Assembly: GCA_903937385.1 (NCBI GenBank)
Contig: CAIZZF010000019.1
Location: 20,993-84,992, forward strand
Direction of reading: 5' to 3'
Length of the DNA: 64,000 bases
DNA from: an uncultured Holophagaceae bacterium
Lineage (GTDB): Bacteria; Acidobacteriota; Holophagae; Holophagales; Holophagaceae
Made by a program: the position numbers and the translations under genes. Below, piece by piece: positions 1 to 5,661 of this stretch (position 1 is its first letter; every line of letters begins with the position of its first letter). The notes below the pieces were generated by a model, which saw only the letters and a list, made by a program, of their open reading frames with translations, ran no database searches and was not told the origin of the DNA.

Positions 1-78
1 GGAAGCCTTGCCATGAATCACCTGGAAGCCCCCGGATTCAAGGGTGGTGTTTCAGTTTCAAGTCATGCTTGGACCTGG

Positions 79-888
79 CTATGGGGCGCTCGCCGCCATG
101 GCGGCCTTGCCCCGCTTGCTGTACTCCAGCAGGGTGACGTTCTTCCTCACGAAGTTAAGGAACTGAGGCTTCCACTGCTTCCCAGGTTCAGGCCAAACAG
201 GAACATCCTTGACACAATAGAACATGGCTTCGTAATGGCCCCATAAGTCAGGGATATCACGCTCTTGCTTCTCAAGGATGGCCTGATCAGCAGTTTCAAG
301 AACCCACTTCTTGCCAAGATTGCTGTGCTTCTCACAGCACTTTGACCACTCCTGTAACAGCCAAGTTATGCGCCCAGCAAGAGAGAGCTTAGCTTTTGAG
401 TCTAAAGAGGTGAGTGGGGGATCGTTTATAGCCTCTTTTATAAGAGATCCCCCACTCTCCTCATTCATCTTTATTTCCTTATCTTTCTTATCTGTCGGCG
501 GTGGATCTGCAATGGTTGAAGTTAAGGTGGCACCGTTACCACTCCGTACCTCCTCGTCCCCCACCGTTGCGCCATCGTTACCAGACCGTACCTCCTCGTT
601 ACCACTTTTACGTGGCTCCTGCAGGAAGCTGAAATCTAGGCTAATGGTCCATAGACCATCCTGCAGATTGAACAGTTTGGCTTCTTGGATCTCCTGCCAC
701 CACCGGGTCATTTCACGGGTATTCCCGTGGTGGCAGATGTACTTGATGTGATCAAGCCTGTCTTTGAAACCCCCCTGTTCAACACAATGGAAATACAGCT
801 TGGCGTAAGACCACCCAGCCCCTGGGCTAAGGTGCTCAAGCTCGACAGCCTTGAAGAACTCGTTGTGCTTGAACATGCTGTACTTCAC
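79..888 (-). CDS. Putative phage replication initiator / replisome organiser
   Basis: 269 aa ORF with repeated EEVRSGN segments and a KKDKEIK linker, typical of phage O-like initiators; 4-bp ATGA overlap with the upstream DnaC-like gene. Confidence 0.6.
   Translation of the reverse strand: MKYSMFKHNEFFKAVELEHLSPGAGWSYAKLYFHCVEQGGFKDRLDHIKYICHHGNTREMTRWWQEIQEAKLFNLQDGLWTISLDFSFLQEPRKSGNEEVRSGNDGATVGDEEVRSGNGATLTSTIADPPPTDKKDKEIKMNEESGGSLIKEAINDPPLTSLDSKAKLSLAGRITWLLQEWSKCCEKHSNLGKKWVLETADQAILEKQERDIPDLWGHYEAMFYCVKDVPVWPEPGKQWKPQFLNFVRKNVTLLEYSKRGKAAMAASAP
420..605. repeat. Iteron-like direct repeats plus AT-rich tract (candidate replication origin)
   Basis: cgttaccactccgtacctcctcgt (534-557) vs cgttaccagaccgtacctcctcgt (576-599), 22/24 identical; third cgttacca at 597; AT-rich, pyrimidine-skewed tract at about 420-490. 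Confidence 0.6.
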
Positions 889-1487
889 TGCGGCTCCTGA
901 GACTCTCCGGTGTCCTCATCAACGAGCACCCGTTCGCCCTCAGGTTTGTAGGTGGGCCATTGCGCCAGGATGGATGCCACGGAGTGATCCACGACTACCC
1001 CTGGGCACGACTGCAGGACCCAGGTGGGCTTCTCAATTCGGTATCGATCCATGAGGTAGCCATGGAGCATGGAGTTGTAAGCCTCAGACTTCACCACGGA
1101 GTCCAGAGACACAATGAGGAGGGGGCAGTTACGGATCTTGGCGTCCATGTTGCCAAGGGGATCATCCTCCTTACTAGCATGGTTAAAGGCGTCCCCTAGA
1201 TCCTTAACTGTGCAGTGAATGACCGACAAACCCTCCTCTAAATGGAGGAGCAGCAGACCCCGGATGAGCCCCCAACCATCCCTGATGCTGGCTGATATGT
1301 GGATGCTGTTCTTCAAGGGCTCCAGGTCCTGGAACCCTTGGGTTACGTAGGGGACACCCCTGGGGAACGTTTCCAGAAGTTGCCGACACTGCCTCACCCT
1401 ACGGCACTCACACTTGATCAGGGCTTGCAAAGCCGCATGGAAGATCAATCCCGTGTCCTCGCACTTCTCACATTTATATGTGGTCAT
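885..1487 (-). CDS. DnaC/IstB-like helicase-loader homologue with degenerate ATPase motifs
   Basis: Strong RBS (AAAGGAG) before ATG 1487; N-terminal CEKCEDTG...CEC Zn motif; C-terminal LLIVSLD and DRYRIEKPTW match the DnaC Walker B region and the RY-x3-KPT motif; no Walker A. Confidence 0.6.
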   Translation of the reverse strand: MTTYKCEKCEDTGLIFHAALQALIKCECRRVRQCRQLLETFPRGVPYVTQGFQDLEPLKNSIHISASIRDGWGLIRGLLLLHLEEGLSVIHCTVKDLGDAFNHASKEDDPLGNMDAKIRNCPLLIVSLDSVVKSEAYNSMLHGYLMDRYRIEKPTWVLQSCPGVVVDHSVASILAQWPTYKPEGERVLVDEDTGESQEPQ

Positions 1488-1489
1488 AG

Positions 1490-1585
1490 TTACTCCTTTC
1501 TCCCTCGATCGCAGGCGGCTTTGGCAGCGGGACCCAGGTGGGCAGGATTTGGAGGTATGAGTTGCTTCTTGGGTGACTTGGCCAT
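1490..1585 (-). CDS. 31-aa small ORF MAKSPKKQLIPPNPAHLGPAAKAACDRGRKE
   Basis: AGGAG RBS upstream; its TAA lies within the RBS region of the DnaC-like gene, 2 nt before that ATG; not in the ORF track. Confidence 0.5.
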   Translation of the reverse strand: MAKSPKKQLIPPNPAHLGPAAKAACDRGRKE

Positions 1586-1680
1586 GAATGGCTCCTTTGG
1601 TTGCGGCTAGCACATTGCAGCCTTGGTCGAGATACGAAGGGTTCAGAACAAAGATTCAGAAGTTCAGAAAATATTTTTAT
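1566..1680 (-). promoter_or_regulatory. Copy 1 of a duplicated promoter/operator-RBS module (three TTCAGA boxes)
   Basis: TTCAGA at 1642, 1655 and 1663; whole block aligns with 1917-2032. Confidence 0.55.
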
Positions 1681-1906
1681 GGTGCGTCAACTCGAATTCA
1701 GGCATGACGTCTCTGCTCTCGGTTGAGAGGTTGGTTGAATACGGGTTAACACTCCCTAGGCGAGTGGGTGAATCCTGCGATCCATCACCCACTCCATGCC
1801 TGTACGCCTCCCACTTCATCTCCTCCGATACTCTGGTTACGCGGTGTGATCGCCAACCTTCATCAGGTGGGAATCCTGCTGGGTCCAAGTGGGCAAACCC
1901 AGCAGG

Positions 1907-1936
1907 TCAGTGTTTCTTCTTAGGTGACTTGGCCAT
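1907..1936 (-). other. 9-aa leader-like ORF MAKSPKKKH followed immediately by a hairpin
   Basis: AGGAG RBS; ATG GCC AAG TCA CCT AAG AAG AAA CAC TGA; 10-bp inverted repeat at 1875-1884/1897-1906 directly after the stop. Confidence 0.45.
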
Positions 1937-2032
1937 GTGTGGCTCCTCTTTTCGGAGGGGGCGGGATGCCACCCTCTAGGACTACATACGAGAGGTTCAG
2001 AAAAACATTCAGAGGTTCAGAACATTTTTTTT
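1917..2032 (-). promoter_or_regulatory. Copy 2 of the duplicated promoter/operator-RBS module (three TTCAGA boxes)
   Basis: TTCAGA at 1996, 2008 and 2016; ttcttaggtgacttggccatgtgtggctcct matches ttcttgggtgacttggccatgaatggctcct of copy 1. Confidence 0.55.
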
Positions 2033-2048
2033 GGGGGGGGGGTGCGGA

Positions 2049-2459
2049 CTACTCCTTGGACCCTGGTGGTTCGCCTCCATCCACCTGGTCAAGCAGGTTG
2101 CTGAGGGAGTTTAGTAGTTCGTCTACACCACCGAGCATTTCAAGCTGGACCTCTACTTGCCGGATGAACTCAAGCTCAGAGGTTGGCCTAGGACGTATTC
2201 CCAGCGCCTTCAAGTAGTCAAGGAGTCCATCGAGCAGGTCCTTATCCAAGCCCCACTCATTCTTGGCATCGGCCAGCCGCCCAATGTGGTCGATATACAT
2301 CGGCCTCAGTTTTGTCTGAATGCTTGGATCAACCAGGTCCACGTGCTTGTGGTCTAGAACGGCTCCAAGGCGGTCAAGGGTCGCTCTCTCCTGGAGGACC
2401 TCCAGCGCAGACTGAAGCAGATGGATGCAGGGACCTGGTGGCACCCCGTAGAGGGTCAT
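2049..2459 (-). CDS. Hypothetical phage protein (136 aa)
   Basis: ORF co-oriented with the element; ATGA overlap with the upstream gene. Confidence 0.6.
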   Translation of the reverse strand: MTLYGVPPGPCIHLLQSALEVLQERATLDRLGAVLDHKHVDLVDPSIQTKLRPMYIDHIGRLADAKNEWGLDKDLLDGLLDYLKALGIRPRPTSELEFIRQVEVQLEMLGGVDELLNSLSNLLDQVDGGEPPGSKE

Positions 2460-2881
2460 TGCCAGATCCCCTCAGCACGGAGGTAGGCCTCGATGGAGCC
2501 GACAATGGGATTCACGATCCAGTAGTTCTCGCCCACCTGAATCACCGCCCATCCCTCAGCAGGGCTGAGGCTGGACAGCCGTCCCAGGAACTCGTTATCA
2601 ATGCCTAGACGGTCTAGGATGGGCTGCTGGTCTGACATCAAGAGCTTGGTAGCAATGTACTCACCAGGCCGTGGCCAGATGGCAGGGTCCACATGGCCAC
2701 CTCGTAGCACCAGGATTGAGGCCATCCACTGCGCATTGGTGAGGATGGGACGGCTCTGCTCGATGATGGAGAGATAGCGTTCCTCGGACTGGCTGCTGAA
2801 TGACACAGGAAGCTCCGTAGCTCGGAGGCAGGGGTATCCTGTTCTCCATGTCTGATACGAGTCAGGTCTGAATGATTTCAA
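2456..2881 (-). CDS. Hypothetical phage protein (about 141 aa, start uncertain)
   Basis: ORF co-oriented with the element; TTG start from the ORF track. Confidence 0.55.
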   Translation of the reverse strand: MKSFRPDSYQTWRTGYPCLRATELPVSFSSQSEERYLSIIEQSRPILTNAQWMASILVLRGGHVDPAIWPRPGEYIATKLLMSDQQPILDRLGIDNEFLGRLSSLSPAEGWAVIQVGENYWIVNPIVGSIEAYLRAEGIWQ

Positions 2882-2939
2882 AAATCATTTCAAGAAACCC
2901 GTTGAGTCGCAGGGGGATAGCTTGAACTGGTTGAGCCAG

Positions 2940-3293
2940 CTACTTGAGACGGGCCAGTCCCGTGAGTTCGGAAGAGGTCAGTTCAAACTTCTCCTGTAAC
3001 GTTGCACCGGGCTTCAAATCTGTTCCGGGCTTGAACCTGAAAGTGGTTCGTGCCTCCACATCCTTGAAAGCACCAGGTCCACTTGCGATTCGGGGGTTCC
3101 TGACCCTACCCGCATCCTTGTGCTGAGCCTTGAAAGAGCCGAATCCAGTCAGGGTGACTGCAACACCGTTATGAAGGTCGTTCTTCACCATGTCGAGAAA
3201 GCACTTCAGTACCACCCGAGTGGCTTTGGGGTCGAGGTTGAGTTCCAGGGCGAGGGACTGAGCTACCTGGCTCAGGTTTTTCTTGTTCGTCAT
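2940..3293 (-). CDS. HU/IHF-family DNA-binding protein (element-encoded)
   Basis: VTLTGFGSF, RVRNPR and FRFKPGTDLK motifs; GGAG RBS before ATG 3293. Confidence 0.85.
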   Translation of the reverse strand: MTNKKNLSQVAQSLALELNLDPKATRVVLKCFLDMVKNDLHNGVAVTLTGFGSFKAQHKDAGRVRNPRIASGPGAFKDVEARTTFRFKPGTDLKPGATLQEKFELTSSELTGLARLK

Positions 3294-3390
3294 CGGGCTC
3301 TCCAATGAGCGTTCTGCTCATGCCCGATACGAGTTCATTCCTCCGAATTTCAAATTTGTCTTCAGGGAAGCCTGAAAACTCAACTATGGT

Positions 3391-4545
3391 TCACTTCCCC
3401 TTCTTCTGGGTGAGGGCAGGCAGCTTCATCAGCCTCCAGAGGTGCTTGCTGACCTTGTCGTTGGTCTCCTGAAGGGGCTGCCAGTCTGCGACTAGATACG
3501 TCTCTACTATCCTCCCGAGGGAGTGACCTATCAGAAGCTCTACATGAAGGTGATTGACCTTAATGTCCGCCCCTACGCTCTTAAAAGTTCTGCGGAAGTC
3601 ATGCCTCCTGAAGTCGTTTCCAAACCCAGCGGCCACCCTGATCTCTTCCCAAGCTTCCCGGATCAGGGATGCTGACACCCTCGGGAGTTGTTCCCAGCAC
3701 CACAAAGCCTCGGGTGATAGATGAAGAGTCTTGAGGTTCTTCACACCTTCAACCCCATTAAATTCCACCAGCCGCTTCTTCTTGTCGAAATGGCCCATGC
3801 CGATCTGTTCAAGGGCCCCGATCCTACCCCCACAGAGCAATGGCACGATGACGCCCCAGCGATAGAGATGTTTGGATCTCTTCACGGCATCACCGAGCGC
3901 TTTCAACTCCTCAGCGTAGAGCCTCACCTGGCGGGGTTTTAGTGGGACATACTCAATGCCGTGGCATGGGTTGATCTCTGGGCAACCCTCATAGCGGTCC
4001 TGACCATACTCGAACAGGCGGCTCAGGGTTCTTTGGCAGGAGTTCCTGGTTGCCGAGTGCCCTTCATCAACGATGTCGTCTAGGAACCCTTTGACCACCT
4101 TTCGGGTTATCTGGTCGAGCGGCAGACTTCCGAGAGCCTTGACGATCCTCTTCAGGTTCACGCCCTTGTTCCGTGCCTCGGCCTTGCTCTGGTGTGGATA
4201 CTTCCTGAGGAAGTCCTCCGCCGCAGCCTTCAGGAACATCACCTTGGAACCAGGAGGCTCCTTCTCCCTAGACAACGGCTTAGACAATGGAGTGCCCTTG
4301 ACCCGAATCTCATCAGCCATGTCCCTGGCCTGGGATGGGGTGATCCCCGAAATGGAAAGGGCTGTGGACTTGCAACGGCCCAGGGTAACGATCTTCTGCT
4401 TGCCATCCTTGCTGTAACGCAGCACCCATGAGGCGATGCCCTTGGGAGTCACTTGGCAGAACAATCCCCTGCAGGTATCATCAGGTATCCGCACGGTTAT
4501 GGCCTGCGGCTGGATGGTTTTCCAATCATCGTCTTTGAACTTCAT
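3391..4545 (-). CDS. int: Tyrosine recombinase/integrase with arm-binding N-terminal domain
   Basis: N-terminal SWVLRYSKDGKQKIVTLG arm-binding motif; catalytic R (GGRIG), HxxR (HDFRR), LIGH and Tyr (ETY). Confidence 0.93.
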   Translation of the reverse strand: MKFKDDDWKTIQPQAITVRIPDDTCRGLFCQVTPKGIASWVLRYSKDGKQKIVTLGRCKSTALSISGITPSQARDMADEIRVKGTPLSKPLSREKEPPGSKVMFLKAAAEDFLRKYPHQSKAEARNKGVNLKRIVKALGSLPLDQITRKVVKGFLDDIVDEGHSATRNSCQRTLSRLFEYGQDRYEGCPEINPCHGIEYVPLKPRQVRLYAEELKALGDAVKRSKHLYRWGVIVPLLCGGRIGALEQIGMGHFDKKKRLVEFNGVEGVKNLKTLHLSPEALWCWEQLPRVSASLIREAWEEIRVAAGFGNDFRRHDFRRTFKSVGADIKVNHLHVELLIGHSLGRIVETYLVADWQPLQETNDKVSKHLWRLMKLPALTQKKGK

Positions 4546-4561
4546 GGCCCCCCCAGGCGTC

Positions 4562-4596
4562 AGACAACGATCCCCCCGTTGTCTGTCTGTTGTCTA
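4562..4596. promoter_or_regulatory. Candidate integrase arm-type binding sites
   Basis: gttgtctg (4578-4585) and gttgtcta (4589-4596) as direct repeats, plus inverted agacaac (4562-4568), just upstream of int. Confidence 0.4.
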
Positions 4597-4685
4597 GTGC
4601 ATTTCCTGAACCCCGGTTCAAGATTTCATGACCATGGAGGCTAAGTCCTTTAACCAAAAAGGAATTAGTGAAGCAGGCTTACAAG

Positions 4686-4761
4686 GCCAACTTAGCTCAG
4701 TTGGTAGAGCAGCTGATTCGTAATCAGCAGGTCGCAGGTTCGAATCCTGTAGTTGGCTCCA
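4686..4761 (+). tRNA. tRNA-Thr (anticodon CGT)
   Basis: 76-nt cloverleaf: GCCAACT/AGTTGGC acceptor stem, GCTGA-TTCGTAA-TCAGC anticodon arm, GGTTCGAATCC T-arm, encoded CCA. Confidence 0.97.
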
Positions 4762-4800
4762 GTGAAAAGGCCCCCGCGTGCGGGGGCCTTTTCACTGGAG
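4757..4800 (+). terminator. Perfect 21-bp inverted repeat overlapping the tRNA 3' end (terminator-like)
   Basis: ctccagtgaaaaggcccccgc-gt-gcgggggccttttcactggag. Confidence 0.7.
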
Positions 4801-4807
4801 AAAGATG

Positions 4808-4990
4808 GGGATTCGAACCTGCGAGTGGACTGCCCGAGGCGTGCCTAGATGGCACGCCGAAGCAGGCCGGCACACGGCGAAGCCGGGTGCGGTTCGAATC
4901 CCGCCCGAGTGCGTCGAGCCCTTCTCTAACCCAGCAACTGGCGAAGCCAGGAGCGGCGTCGCTGCCGTAGGAGTGTGTCGAGGCTCTTCC
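4808..4990. repeat. Multi-hairpin palindromic element bounded by tRNA T-arm-like inverted repeats
   Basis: gggattcgaacc (4808-4819) / ggttcgaatccc (4891-4902); internal ggcgtgcc/ggcacgcc stem and GAA-triloop hairpins. Confidence 0.55.
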
Positions 4991-5024
4991 CCGACCTGGC
5001 CATGAGCGAACCCCTGGAACGCCC

Positions 5025-5405
5025 TCAGATCCGCCTCGAGCCTCCCTGCTGTTTGCGCGCGGCCTCGGCGCTGTCCAGCTCGAGGGCCTCGTCCTCGAGG
5101 ACCGACAGGGTGGTGGTGCGGCCGTTCAGGTCCAGAGGCTGCCCTTCGTCTGGGATGAACAGGACGTGCTCCTCATCCCAGCGCCCGCGGTGGCGCTCGC
5201 CATCTGCGAAGAACTGGGACTCGCCCTCGCCCGGCAGGACGGCCACCCACCGGGCGTTGCCTGCGCCACTGGAGAAGGCCAGGAGGACCCACCAGGGCTC
5301 GCCCCGGGCCTCGACCTCCTCGAGGAGCTCGACCAGCGCAAGGGGCGCCTGAAAGGTCTGCCTGCGCAGCTCATCCAAGTCTCGGATCCGCTTGACGTGC
5401 AGCAT
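5025..5405 (-). CDS. Hypothetical protein (126 aa)
   Basis: ORF with host-like codon usage; GGAGG upstream of ATG 5405. Confidence 0.6.
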   Translation of the reverse strand: MLHVKRIRDLDELRRQTFQAPLALVELLEEVEARGEPWWVLLAFSSGAGNARWVAVLPGEGESQFFADGERHRGRWDEEHVLFIPDEGQPLDLNGRTTTLSVLEDEALELDSAEAARKQQGGSRRI

Positions 5406-5661
5406 GGGGCCCTCCTGTGAGTCCACCTGTCCCGGCAGGGGTAGAAAGCGCATCGAGGCAGTCGCTATAAAAGAATACCTATATTGATATTGTCGTGCCT
5501 CTATTTAACAATAACGCGTCCGCTTGGATGCGGTTGGAGCGGATTGAAGGGAGACCCTTGCCGAGTGCCTTCAGCCTCTCCGTTTCAGAGCTAATTCTTC
5601 TGACCCGACTGTCCGATGGAATCGGTACCTGGCGAGGTATACCTCCCCAACCAAGCAGAGA

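Larger units (their letters stand above)
1..4680 (-). mobile_element. Right-hand edge of a prophage or integrative element (continues off the left end of the window)
   Basis: Visibly lower GC than the rest of the window; co-oriented minus-strand genes for integrase, HU-like protein, DnaC-like protein and replication initiator; abuts tRNA-Thr. Confidence 0.85.

Noticed and set aside
1-14. Possible start of another minus-strand phage gene (ATG at 14 with AGGTGA upstream)
   Set aside because: Only four codons are visible in the window; cannot be supported.
4668-4970. 100-aa ORF overlapping the tRNA
   Set aside because: Spurious translation of tRNA-Thr and the downstream palindromes.
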